From contig CAZMNP010000137.1 of the NCBI GenBank assembly GCA_964567675.1, forward strand, positions 1 through 53,849: a DNA stretch of 53,849 bases, written 5' to 3'. Position numbers and translations under genes: made by a program. Each line of letters starts with the position of its first letter. Position 1 is the stretch's first letter. Origin of the DNA: an uncultured Actinomycetes bacterium (lineage in GTDB: Bacteria > Actinomycetota > UBA4738 > HRBIN12). The notes beneath the pieces were generated by a model. The model worked only from the letters and a program-made list of their open reading frames with translations. It did not search any database and was not told the DNA's origin. This document shows, piece after piece, positions 21,486 through 30,785 of this stretch.

Positions 21486-22202
21486 TCAGTCCTCGCCGCC
21501 CCAGAAGAGCTCGCGGAGCGAGCGCTCCCTTCCCTCGTTCGCCGGCGCGCCCTCGGTGCTGTACGCGGGCTCGGTCGCGCTCTCGATCAAGACCGGCGAG
21601 TCGACCGCACCGGCCTCTTCGGTGCCGGATCCTTCCGGCACCCCGAGTCGCTCACGGATCTCCGCCAAGGATGCGGCGCCCGCGACGGCGGGGACGGGTT
21701 TCGGCTCCACCGGTGCCGGCGCGTTCTCCTCACGCGCTCGGAGCGAAAGGACCATCTGCTTGATCTCCTCGGCGTGCGTCTGCACCAGGGATCCGAGGCT
21801 CTGCAGGAACTCCCGCTCCGTGTTCAGGAACGGGGCCACCGCGGCGCGCGCGGCACCACGCGCGCCGGTGGAGCCGCGGATCGCGGCCGCCTCCTGCTCC
21901 GCCCCGCGAACGATGGCCGCCGCTTCTTCCCGGGCGCGCGAGACGATCGAATCCGCTTCGGCCGACCCGTCCCCCACGGAGACCTGACCCACCGTCGCGG
22001 GGCCCATGCCGCCACGGAGCTGCCCGTTCTCCTCCACGTACGAGGCGAGGTCCTCGGTGATCCGGTCGAGGAACGCGTCCACGTCCCGCTCGTTGTACCC
22101 GCGGAACGCGAGCCGGAACTCCACCTGCTGGATGTCCACGGGCGTGATCCGAGCGTCGCCTCCTTCGGGCACGGCCCGGTCCTCCCCCTTCTTCCTCCGC
22201 AT
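21486..22202 (-). CDS. divIVA: DivIVA-domain cell-division/polar-growth protein
   Basis: ATG at 22202 is preceded by GGGGGGAAGG. N-terminal DivIVA motif ITPVDIQQVEFRLAFRGYNERDVDAFLD is followed by coiled-coil and low-complexity sequence. Confidence 0.85.
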   Translation of the reverse strand: MRRKKGEDRAVPEGGDARITPVDIQQVEFRLAFRGYNERDVDAFLDRITEDLASYVEENGQLRGGMGPATVGQVSVGDGSAEADSIVSRAREEAAAIVRGAEQEAAAIRGSTGARGAARAAVAPFLNTEREFLQSLGSLVQTHAEEIKQMVLSLRAREENAPAPVEPKPVPAVAGAASLAEIRERLGVPEGSGTEEAGAVDSPVLIESATEPAYSTEGAPANEGRERSLRELFWGGED

Positions 22203-22215
22203 GGCCTTCCCCCCG

Positions 22216-22512
22216 TCAGCAAAGAGCGCGTTGCAGAACGATGAGGATAACGAACGCCACGAGGATGGACAGGTCAAATCCCATCGCGCCTGCGCGCACG
22301 GGCGGGATCAGCTGTCGCAGAGGTCGAAGGACCGGTTCGGTGAGGGCTTGCAGCAGATCCAGGATCTTCCTGATCGGGCCGTACATCGGCGGGCGGAACC
22401 CGAACATGGTGGCCCACGAGACGATCACGCGGACGAGCAGGAGGATCCAGAAGATCGTCAGGACGATGCAGACGATGTCGAGCCCGACGTTGTTCGTCTC
22501 CTGCGCGATCAT
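22216..22512 (-). CDS. yggT: YggT-family membrane protein
   Basis: 98-aa two-TM ORF in the conserved position between sepF and divIVA. Confidence 0.8.
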   Translation of the reverse strand: MIAQETNNVGLDIVCIVLTIFWILLLVRVIVSWATMFGFRPPMYGPIRKILDLLQALTEPVLRPLRQLIPPVRAGAMGFDLSILVAFVILIVLQRALC

Positions 22513-22534
22513 CCGAAGGCTCGACCGGGACCGG

Positions 22535-23014
22535 TCAGAACTGGTTGTAGAAGTCGCCGCCCGCGATCCGCTCGCGCTCTTCGGCGGAGACGTCGACGTT
22601 GGCCGGCGTGAGCAGGTACACGCGGTTCGCCACCATCTCGATCTTGCCGTCGATGCCGTAGACGAGTCCCGAGGCGAAGTCGACGAGACGCCGCGCGATC
22701 GTGTCGTCGGTGCTCTGCAGGTTCATGATCACCGGGATGCCGTCCTTGAAGCGGTCGGCGATCTCGCGCGCCTCGTTGAACCGTCGCGGCTCCGATTTGT
22801 GGATCGACCCCGCGGTCGCCGCGCGTGAGGAGGAGATCGTCCGAACGATGCCTTCGTGCTCGGGCTCGAGCGCCACCTCGCGGACGGCCTGCGGCCGCTG
22901 GAACCGTCGCACCTCGCCGCGCTCGGGTTGCGCGGAGACCTCGTCGAGCTCCTCGAACTCCTCGTCCTCAACGAGCCCGAGATAGGTGAGCGTCTTCTTC
23001 CACACGCCAGCCAT
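22535..23014 (-). CDS. sepF: cell division protein SepF
   Basis: ATG at 23014 overlaps the yggS stop by 1 nt (TGATG). N-terminal amphipathic MAGVWKKTLTYLGLV. C-terminal domain PVIMNLQSTDDTIARRLVDFASGLVYGIDGKIEMVANRVYLLTP. Confidence 0.9.
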   Translation of the reverse strand: MAGVWKKTLTYLGLVEDEEFEELDEVSAQPERGEVRRFQRPQAVREVALEPEHEGIVRTISSSRAATAGSIHKSEPRRFNEAREIADRFKDGIPVIMNLQSTDDTIARRLVDFASGLVYGIDGKIEMVANRVYLLTPANVDVSAEERERIAGGDFYNQF

Positions 23015-23718
23015 CACGTCCTCCCGATCGACGCCGAGGGCCGCGCCCCGAAGAGCGCGGTCCCGATCCGAACCATCGTAGCGCCTTCCTCGATCGCAAC
23101 CTCGTAATCGAACGACATTCCCATCGAGAGCTCGACGGCTCCCGGATGACGCTCGGCGACGTCCCCGAGCAGCGCCCGGAGGTCCCGGAAATAGGGGCGA
23201 GCCTGCTCGGGGGCCGGCGTCTGCGGGGGCAGCGTCATGAGGCCGGCGAGCGCGAGACCGTCGGTCCCGGCCACCTCGTCGCACGCCGCGGCCACCTCCT
23301 GCGGGCGGACCCCGATGCGCTCGCCGGTGAAGTCCACCTCGACGAGAGCGGGCAGCGTCCGGTCCCGGTCGGCGGCGCGGCGAGCCAGCCGGTGCATGGC
23401 TTTGCCCGGTACCACCGTCTGGACGACGTCGGCGAGCTCGGCGACGTGACGGGCCCCGCTCTCCTGCAGCGTTCCCACGAAGTGCCACCGCGCGCCGGAG
23501 ACCGACTCGTGCTTGTCCCGGAGCTCTCGCACGTAGTTCTCCCCCAGGTCTTCGATCCCCGCATCAACGACCCATCCGAGCGCGCGCGCCTCGACGCCCT
23601 TCCCGATCGCGACGAGGCGGACCGTTGCGACCTCGCGCCCGACGCGTTCGCACGTCTGCGCGATCCGGCCCCGGACCGATGCGAGGTTCGCGAGCACTCC
23701 CTCCTTGGTCCGTTCCAC
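23014..23718 (-). CDS. yggS: YggS-family pyridoxal-phosphate homeostasis protein
   Basis: Alanine-racemase-N-like fold. Motifs VRLVAIGKGV, WHFVGTLQ and ELSMGMSFDYEVAIEEGATMVRIGTALFG. The start is uncertain: GTG 23718 or GTG 23697. The track start at 23895 adds 59 Pro/Arg-rich residues. Confidence 0.8.
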   Translation of the reverse strand: MERTKEGVLANLASVRGRIAQTCERVGREVATVRLVAIGKGVEARALGWVVDAGIEDLGENYVRELRDKHESVSGARWHFVGTLQESGARHVAELADVVQTVVPGKAMHRLARRAADRDRTLPALVEVDFTGERIGVRPQEVAAACDEVAGTDGLALAGLMTLPPQTPAPEQARPYFRDLRALLGDVAERHPGAVELSMGMSFDYEVAIEEGATMVRIGTALFGARPSASIGRT

Positions 23719-23924
23719 GGGCCACGGAAGGTAACAGAAACCACAAGCGGATACAGGAGCCACAGAGGATACGAGGCGCCGGGACTCCTCGGTCGCCGGG
23801 ACGGCCGGACCCGGTGCCCGGACGTGACGAGGGGGCGGGGACCCGTCCCAGAGGCGGGGGAAGGGCGCCTCTGCGCTCGGGTCTCCCGCCCCCACGACTC
23901 GCGCCGCGTGGACCGGGGGTGTCC

Positions 23925-25118
23925 TCAGCTCTTCAGGAAGTCCGGGATGTCCAGGTCCTCCTCCGCATCGAACGAGACGGGCTCGGGAGCCGGACGGAAG
24001 ATCTCGTCCTCGTCGTCGACCAGGATCGAGGGTCCGCGCACCTCTTCTTCCTCCTCGCGCAAGCCCACACTGGGATGGGCTGCCTCGGAGACCACCGCCA
24101 GGGGCTCGGGCTCCTCCAGGAGCCGGGAGAGCCGGCTCTCGAACGGCGACGTCGTGGCCGCGGTCGCGCCGAGCTTGTCGAAGCCCGCCGCGATCACGGT
24201 GACGCGGACCTCCTCGCCGAGCGCGTCGTCCACCACGGCGCCGAAGATGATGTTCGCGTCGGGGTGCGCCACCCGGGTGATGAGGTCGGCGGCCTTGTTG
24301 ACCTCGTGCAGCGAGAGGTCCGTCGGCCCCGCGATCGAAAGCAACACGCCGCGCGCGCCCTCGATCGAGGACTCGAGCAGCGGCGAGCTGATCGCCGATT
24401 TCGCGGCTTCCTCCGCGCGGTCCTCGCCCGAGCCGTGACCGATCCCCATGAGCGCGGAGCCCGCGCCGGTCATCACCGACTTCACGTCGGCGAAGTCCAG
24501 GTTGATCAGGCCGGGTGTCGTGATGAGCGACGTGATCCCGTCGACACCTTGGAACAGGACCTGGTCCGCCATCCGGAACGCGTCGAGCATCGGGGTGCTT
24601 GGGTCGGAGACCTGGAGCAGCCGGTCGTTCGGCACGACGATCAACGTGTCGACGGCCTTCTTCAGCTCCGTGATCCCGACGTCGGCCTGGCTCGCGCGCA
24701 TCCGGCCCTCGAAGCCGAAGGGGCGAGTTACCACGCCGATCGTCAGGGTTCCGAGGTTCCGCGCGATCTCCGCGACGATCGGAGCGCCCCCCGTTCCGGT
24801 CCCGCCACCTTCTCCGGCGGTGATGAACACCATGTCGGCGCCTTTGAGGATCTCCTCGATCTCGTCGGCGTGCTCCTCCGCGGCGCGACGACCGACCTCG
24901 GGGTCCGAGCCGGCGCCCAATCCGCGCGTCGTCTCCCGTCCGATGTCGAGTTTCACCTCGGCGTCAGACATCAGGAGTGTCTGCGCATCGGTGTTGACCG
25001 CGATGAACTCGACGCCGCGCAGGCCGCCTTCGATCATGCGGTTGACCGCGTTGACCCCGCCGCCGCCGATCCCGACGACCTTGATGACGGCGAGGTAGTT
25101 CTGAGGAGAATCCATCAC
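23925..25118 (-). CDS. ftsZ: cell division GTPase FtsZ
   Basis: [13 protein letters not shown], tubulin signature [10 protein letters not shown], and C-terminal peptide [15 protein letters not shown] lies 6 nt before GTG 25118; ATG 25115 is an alternative start. Confidence 0.97.
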   Translation of the reverse strand: MMDSPQNYLAVIKVVGIGGGGVNAVNRMIEGGLRGVEFIAVNTDAQTLLMSDAEVKLDIGRETTRGLGAGSDPEVGRRAAEEHADEIEEILKGADMVFITAGEGGGTGTGGAPIVAEIARNLGTLTIGVVTRPFGFEGRMRASQADVGITELKKAVDTLIVVPNDRLLQVSDPSTPMLDAFRMADQVLFQGVDGITSLITTPGLINLDFADVKSVMTGAGSALMGIGHGSGEDRAEEAAKSAISSPLLESSIEGARGVLLSIAGPTDLSLHEVNKAADLITRVAHPDANIIFGAVVDDALGEEVRVTVIAAGFDKLGATAATTSPFESRLSRLLEEPEPLAVVSEAAHPSVGLREEEEEVRGPSILVDDEDEIFRPAPEPVSFDAEEDLDIPDFLKS

Positions 25119-25351
25119 TTGCGACCTCCGCTCCCCGGGCGAGTCGCGCCCCGGTCTACCTGGGGAAACGCCGTAGTTGTCTCCCTAGCCCGATCCTGTC
25201 TGCTCGTGCTGTCCCTGCTCGAACGGTGAACCTCAACTCGAAGTTGATTGTTATATCTACTTCACGGTAATCGCTGCACGCTACTCGCAAAGGCCTGGTC
25301 CGTCAACACACCGAACAGGCACGTTGTGCTGTGGCGTGACAGTTCGCGTGG

Positions 25352-26131
25352 CTACGGTTCGAGCCGCACGGCGGGCGTTCGAGGGGAGGCCACGTTCACG
25401 TTGGCCACGGGCTCCCCCGTCGCGCGACCCCAGGCGAGGATCCGTTCGAGCGCCTGTGCCTTCGCCGCCGGTGCCGCCCGGTCGCCGTACCGAACGTGGA
25501 CACCGGAACCGAGCCGCATCGTCATCGTCCCGTCGACAAGGACCCGGACCGACACCACGTCGGCGCGGAGTCCCGGATCCATCGCGCCGAGCGCCGCCGC
25601 CGCTCCTCTGGGCGAGGGGCGCGCGCCGTACACGATCGCGGTGGCGCCGTCCGGCCAGGCCCTCCCGTCCACCCCCCCGGCCATCGGGAGATGGATCGTG
25701 GGCAGGTCCGGGATCCGCGTCGCCGCCCCGAGGGGGGTTCCGTCGGCGGCCACGAGGGTTCGCCCGAGCCCGTCGCTCACAACCGCGACAGGGATCCGTT
25801 CGACGATCTCGATCCGGATCGTCGCGGGGAGCCCGACGTGGACATCGGCGTCGGCGACCCACGGGTGGGTCTCGAGGCTTCGCTCGATGCTCCCGTCGTC
25901 GAGCCACAGCACGTTCGTCGCCTTCGACACGGCCGCCAGCTCGATGATCTCGGATCGCGAGAGGCGATCCGTTCCGCTCACCTCGATCCCGCGCGCATGG
26001 GCGAACGAGGAGCGGGAGAGGAAGAATCCGCCCGCGATCGCTGCGACGGCGACGAGCCCCACGACGCCGGGCCGCCACGCCACGACGGGACTGCGGATCC
26101 GTTCAGCGAGGAGCGTGGTCCAGATCGCCAA
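25352..26131 (-). CDS. ftsQ: cell division protein FtsQ (POTRA domain)
   Basis: 259 aa with a single N-terminal TM (VVGLVAVAAIAGGFFL) followed by a POTRA-like region. TTG start at 26131 is preceded by GGAGG at 9 nt and overlaps the murB 3' end by 29 nt. Confidence 0.8.
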   Translation of the reverse strand: MAIWTTLLAERIRSPVVAWRPGVVGLVAVAAIAGGFFLSRSSFAHARGIEVSGTDRLSRSEIIELAAVSKATNVLWLDDGSIERSLETHPWVADADVHVGLPATIRIEIVERIPVAVVSDGLGRTLVAADGTPLGAATRIPDLPTIHLPMAGGVDGRAWPDGATAIVYGARPSPRGAAAALGAMDPGLRADVVSVRVLVDGTMTMRLGSGVHVRYGDRAAPAAKAQALERILAWGRATGEPVANVNVASPRTPAVRLEP

Positions 26132-27035
26132 CGAGATGCACCTCCGGCTCGAGTCGGATCCCGGAGCTCGCCTCGACGACCTCCTGGACGGATCGGATCA
26201 GCTCCACGACGTCGGCGGCGCTCGCGCCTTCGGACGCCACGATGAAGTTCGCGTGCTTGGCCGAGACCGACGCGCCGCCGACGGCGAGGTCCTTGCCTCC
26301 CGCCTCCTCGATCAGGCGTGCGGCGTGGTCCCCGGGGGGGTTCTTGAAGACGCTCCCGCAGTTCGGCTCGGCGAGCGGCTGGGTGCGACGGCGCCAATCC
26401 CGTGCCTCGTCCATCAGCGCGCGGATCTCCGAAGGCTCCCCCGGCTCGAGCGCGACCGTCGATCCCACGACGACCGCGTCGGCCGGCAGCTCCGACCTGC
26501 GGTAGGAGAAGCCCGCGTCGGCCGCGGCGATCCTGCGCGCGGTCCCCGCGAGGAGCTCGAACACCTCGACCGTCTCGAGCACCTCGGAAAGCTCATGTCC
26601 GTGCGCTCCCGCGTTCATCCGCACCGCGCCACCGAGGCTCGCCGGGATCGCGACCCCGAACTCGAGCCCCGCGAGGCTGTGCGAGAGCGCGACGCCGGCG
26701 AGGGCTGGGAGCGGCATCGCACCGCCGGCCCTGAGACGGTCGCCTTCCCGCGCAGCCCATCGGTAGCCGCGGCCGAGTCGCAGAACCAGGCCGGCGAACC
26801 CGGCGTCAGACACCAGGACGTTCGATCCCTTCCCGAGGACGACGAAGAGGATGGCGGTCTCGCGGACGGCCTCGCCCGCAGCAACGAGATCCGCGTCGGA
26901 CTGTGGCTCCAGATACAACGCCGCCGGGCCTCCGATCCGGAACGACGTGAGCGGCGCCAGACGGAAGTGCGTCCGGACGCGATCCCCACAGGCGGCCCGC
27001 AGGATCGACTCGGCGCGGCGGATCCCCTCGCTCAC
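26103..27035 (-). CDS. murB: UDP-N-acetylenolpyruvoylglucosamine reductase
   Basis: GTG 27035 forms a GTGA overlap with the murC stop. FAD-binding N-terminus LAPLTSFRIGGPA. Also GSNVLV and GSVFKNP motifs. Confidence 0.9.
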   Translation of the reverse strand: MSEGIRRAESILRAACGDRVRTHFRLAPLTSFRIGGPAALYLEPQSDADLVAAGEAVRETAILFVVLGKGSNVLVSDAGFAGLVLRLGRGYRWAAREGDRLRAGGAMPLPALAGVALSHSLAGLEFGVAIPASLGGAVRMNAGAHGHELSEVLETVEVFELLAGTARRIAAADAGFSYRRSELPADAVVVGSTVALEPGEPSEIRALMDEARDWRRRTQPLAEPNCGSVFKNPPGDHAARLIEEAGGKDLAVGGASVSAKHANFIVASEGASAADVVELIRSVQEVVEASSGIRLEPEVHLVGDLDHAPR

Positions 27036-28456
27036 GCGGCACCGTTCCCGATGCGTTCGAGCGCGGCGTCTCCCAGCATCCAGACGTCGCCGCAGCCCAT
27101 CGTGATGACGAGGTCGCCCGCCCGTACCTCGCGGTCCAGGAACTCCAGGACGTCGGCGCGGTGCGGGAGGTAGGCGACCCGCTTGCCGGGAGCGGCGCCC
27201 GCCACGCCGCCGACGACGAGCTTGCCGGTGACGCCCGGGATCGGGTCCTGCGCCGCGCCGTAGACGTCTGTCACCACGACGAGGTCGGCTTCGACCAGGC
27301 TCTCCCCCAGCTCTCGCCACAGCGCCTGCGTTCGCGAGTACCGGTGCGGTTGGAACACGGCGACGAGGCGCTCGGGTCCCGTGCGGCGCGCGACGTCCAA
27401 CGTGACGGCGAGCTCGGTCGGCACGTGACCGTAGTCGTCGTAGAACTTCGCTCCTCGCGCGGTCCCTCGGTGCTCGAACCGCCGGTGGACGCCGGTGAAA
27501 TCGACGAGCGCTTCGGTGGCGAGGGCCACCTCGACGCCGACCGCCCGAGCCGCCGCGATCGCCGCCGCGGCGTTCAGGACGTTGTGGGCGCCGTCGATCG
27601 AAAGGCGCAGCGCGTGCCGCTCGCCGTCGACGACGATCTCTGCCATCGCTCCGCCGGGTCCCACGGACGAGATCTCGATCCGTACGTCGGCTCCCTCGGC
27701 GATGCCGTACGTGGTCACAGGAACGCCGGCATCTGCGGTCGATCGCATCGCCCCCTCGTCGTCGGCGCAGACGACGAGTCGCTCGCAGCGCTCGGCGAAG
27801 GCCGTGAACGCCGCCTCGATCTCCGGAAGGCCGTCGGGATAGAAGTCCACATGGTCGACCTCGACGTTCGTGACGATCCCGATCGTGGGTCGCAACAACA
27901 GGAACGAGCCGTCGCTCTCGTCGGCCTCGGCGACGAACAGGTCGCCGTCGCCCGATCGAGCACCGCTGCCGGTCTCGTTCGGATCACCGCCGATCACGTA
28001 GGTGGGGTCGAGCCCGGCACGCTCGAGTACGAGACCGACCATTGCGGTGGTCGTCGTTTTGCCGTGGGTCCCGGTGACCGCGATGGTCCGCTGCTTCGCG
28101 GCCGCCGCCGCGAGCGCCTGCGCGCGCATCCACACCGGGATGTCGCGTCGACGGGCCTCGACGAGCTCCGGATTGGACTCCGCGATCGCGCTCGAGATCA
28201 CGACGGCGTTGGGGTCGCCGACCTGATCCGCCGAGTGCCCGACGGCGACGGCCGCTCCCAGCTCGCGCAGCTCGGTCATCCCCTTCGAGTCCTTCAGGTC
28301 CGAGCCGGTCACCTCGATCCCGCGCGACAGGAACAGCCGGGCGAGGTTCCGCATCCCGGCGCCGCCGATCCCGATCATGTGGATGCGCCGGATGCCCTGG
28401 AGGTCGGGGACCCTCAGCGTCGGGATCGTTCCCGGCCTCGGCGTGTAGGCGCTCAC
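27032..28456 (-). CDS. murC: UDP-N-acetylmuramate--L-alanine ligase
   Basis: GTG 28456 forms a GTGA overlap with the murG stop. IHMIGIGGAGMRNLA and Mur ligase P-loop GTHGKTTTTAM. Confidence 0.93.
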   Translation of the reverse strand: MSAYTPRPGTIPTLRVPDLQGIRRIHMIGIGGAGMRNLARLFLSRGIEVTGSDLKDSKGMTELRELGAAVAVGHSADQVGDPNAVVISSAIAESNPELVEARRRDIPVWMRAQALAAAAAKQRTIAVTGTHGKTTTTAMVGLVLERAGLDPTYVIGGDPNETGSGARSGDGDLFVAEADESDGSFLLLRPTIGIVTNVEVDHVDFYPDGLPEIEAAFTAFAERCERLVVCADDEGAMRSTADAGVPVTTYGIAEGADVRIEISSVGPGGAMAEIVVDGERHALRLSIDGAHNVLNAAAAIAAARAVGVEVALATEALVDFTGVHRRFEHRGTARGAKFYDDYGHVPTELAVTLDVARRTGPERLVAVFQPHRYSRTQALWRELGESLVEADLVVVTDVYGAAQDPIPGVTGKLVVGGVAGAAPGKRVAYLPHRADVLEFLDREVRAGDLVITMGCGDVWMLGDAALERIGNGAA

Positions 28457-29556
28457 GAACCACCTCCGGCCGATCGCACCGCGCCGGCGAGCGCGTGGGC
28501 CGCCTCGGGCCGGGACCACGACCTCGCCCGCTCTCCCATCGAACGCAGGGTGTCCGGGGCGTCCAGGAACGCGCCGATCCGCTCGGCGAGCACCGCCCCG
28601 TCGAGAGCGTCGTCCATGAGGACGCTGGCGCCGCCCGCACGCTGCAACGCCCGAGCGTTCGCTTCCTGATGCCGGCCGGTCGCGTACGGGTATGGGATCA
28701 GGATCGACGGCACGCCCGAGATCGCGATCTCCGCGACGGTGGTCGCTCCCGCCCGCGCGACCACGAGATCCGCGACGGCATAAGCGAGCTCCATCCGCTC
28801 GAGGAACGAGATCACGCGGACCGGAACCGGCGGGGACCCGCCGATCGAAGCGCGGACGGCATCCGCGTGCGCCCGCCCGGTGAGCAGGACCAGCTGCACG
28901 TCGTCCCGCGCCAGCCGCGGGACCGCGTCGACCACCGACCGGTTCACGTGCAGCGCACCCTGGCTCCCGCCGAAGACCACGATGGTGCGGCGATCGGTCT
29001 CGAGCTCGAGCTCCACGACCGCTTCCTTCTCGAGGCGATCGCGCTCGGTCGCCACGGCGAGGATCTCCTCGCGAACCGGGTTGCCGGTCACCACCGTCCG
29101 AGCGCTCCGGGGCAGCATCCGTGCCGCATCGGCGAACGAGAGGGCCACCGTCCTCGCCGGGCGCGCGAGGAGCCGGTTCGCGAGCCCGGGGACCGCGTTC
29201 TGCTCGTGCAACACCAGCGGCCGGCGAGACCGGAGCGCGGCCAGCGCGACCGGAACGCTCACGTAGCCACCCATCCCGACCACCACGTCGTGCTGCTCGA
29301 CGAGCGGCCGGCACCGGCCCACGGAACGCAGGGCGACCACGGGTGCCATGAGGGCGCGCGCCGACACGGCGCGAACGAACGGTCTCGCCTCGACGGCGAC
29401 GAAGGGGAACCCGGCCGCGGGAACGAGCGTCGCCTCCTGCCCGGTGGACGTCCCGGCGAACGCCACCTCGTCGCCCTCGGCGGCGAGGGCGCGCGCGAGG
29501 GCGAGTGCCGGGAAGACGTGCCCGGCCGTCCCACCGCCCGCGATCAGGACCTTCAC
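28453..29556 (-). CDS. murG: undecaprenyl-PP-MurNAc-pentapeptide GlcNAc transferase
   Basis: GTG 29556 forms a GTGA overlap with the ftsW stop. N-terminus VKVLIAGGGTAGHVFPALA. Confidence 0.93.
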   Translation of the reverse strand: MKVLIAGGGTAGHVFPALALARALAAEGDEVAFAGTSTGQEATLVPAAGFPFVAVEARPFVRAVSARALMAPVVALRSVGRCRPLVEQHDVVVGMGGYVSVPVALAALRSRRPLVLHEQNAVPGLANRLLARPARTVALSFADAARMLPRSARTVVTGNPVREEILAVATERDRLEKEAVVELELETDRRTIVVFGGSQGALHVNRSVVDAVPRLARDDVQLVLLTGRAHADAVRASIGGSPPVPVRVISFLERMELAYAVADLVVARAGATTVAEIAISGVPSILIPYPYATGRHQEANARALQRAGGASVLMDDALDGAVLAERIGAFLDAPDTLRSMGERARSWSRPEAAHALAGAVRSAGGGS

Positions 29557-30785
29557 GCGTCCCTCGCGCGTCGTCGCTTGGGAGGTGCGGCTCGGGCCTT
29601 GCTGCGTGCGGGCGCGTTCGCGATGTTCACCAAGATCCCCACCGCCGCCAACGAGACGACGAGCGAGGATCCCCCGTACGAAAGGAACGGCAGCGGGACT
29701 CCGGTGATCGGCAGCAGCCCGGTGACCGCCCCGAGGTTGATGAGCGCCTGCAGGCCGAACCACGAGACGATGCCCGCGGCCAGCAGTCGCCCGAACACGT
29801 CGGTGGTGCGCGCGGCGATCCGGATACCGGCGTAGATCAGCGTGCCGTAGGCGACGAGCACCACCAGCTCGCCGAGCAGCCCCAGCTCTTCGCCGAGGAT
29901 CGAGAAGATGAAGTCGGTGTGCGCGTTCGGCACGTACTGCCATTTCTGCCTCGATGCGCCGAGGCCGACACCCGTCCATCCGCCCGATCCGAGCGCGATC
30001 AGCGATTGCGCGAGCTGGTACCCGGTGTTCCGTGCGTCCTCCCACGGATGCAGGAACGACAGGAACCGGATCCGCCGGTAGTCGGCGCTCATGACGAGGC
30101 CCATCCCGACGGCCGACCCCACGATCGCGGCCAGGGACAGGTACCGAAGGCGCACGCCCGCTACGAACACCATCAGGAACACCGACCCCGCGAGGATCGC
30201 GGTGGTACCGAGGTCGGGCTGGAGCATGACCAGGCCGCAGCAGAGGATGCCCACCGGGAGCAGCGGCACGGTGAGGTGCCCGACGTCGTCGAGGCGACCC
30301 CACTTCCGGGTGAGGGCCGCAGCCGCGAACACGACGAGCGAGAGCTTCGCGATCTCCGACGGTTGGATCGTCACCGGGCCGAACTGGAACCACCTCGACG
30401 ACCCGTACGCCTCGATGCCGGCGCCGGGAAGGAGCACGACGACCATCAACACGAACGTGACGGCGAGCAGCGGTGTCGCGAGCCGTTGCCACGCCGCATA
30501 GCGCATGCGCGACGTGAGGACGAGCGCAAGCACACCGACGACCGCGTAGGCGATCTGCCGCTGGAAGTAGCGGAAGCTGTCCCCGTATTCGGCGAACGCC
30601 GAGATCGAGCTCGACGAGAGCACCATGATGAGCCCCGTCCCGACCAGGAAGGCGGTCGACCCGAGCAGGAGCGCGACCGTACGGCGCGTGGCCACACGGC
30701 TCTTCGCGCGCGACCCAAGGAAGTCCTCCGCACGCACCAGCCGGAGATGGTGTGCGCGGGACGACGCGGCGGCCGAGCTGCTCAC
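29553..30785 (-). CDS. ftsW: SEDS-family peptidoglycan polymerase FtsW
   Basis: GTG 30785 forms a GTGA overlap with the murD stop. About 10 TM segments. FtsW/RodA motifs QPSEIAKL and PLPFLSYGGSS. Confidence 0.9.
   Translation of the reverse strand: MSSSAAASSRAHHLRLVRAEDFLGSRAKSRVATRRTVALLLGSTAFLVGTGLIMVLSSSSISAFAEYGDSFRYFQRQIAYAVVGVLALVLTSRMRYAAWQRLATPLLAVTFVLMVVVLLPGAGIEAYGSSRWFQFGPVTIQPSEIAKLSLVVFAAAALTRKWGRLDDVGHLTVPLLPVGILCCGLVMLQPDLGTTAILAGSVFLMVFVAGVRLRYLSLAAIVGSAVGMGLVMSADYRRIRFLSFLHPWEDARNTGYQLAQSLIALGSGGWTGVGLGASRQKWQYVPNAHTDFIFSILGEELGLLGELVVLVAYGTLIYAGIRIAARTTDVFGRLLAAGIVSWFGLQALINLGAVTGLLPITGVPLPFLSYGGSSLVVSLAAVGILVNIANAPARSKARAAPPKRRRARDA

Noticed and set aside
23925-26131. Apparent absence of ftsA between ftsQ and ftsZ as an anomaly
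   Set aside because: Lack of ftsA, with SepF present instead, is the normal actinobacterial condition and is not a deletion specific to this locus.
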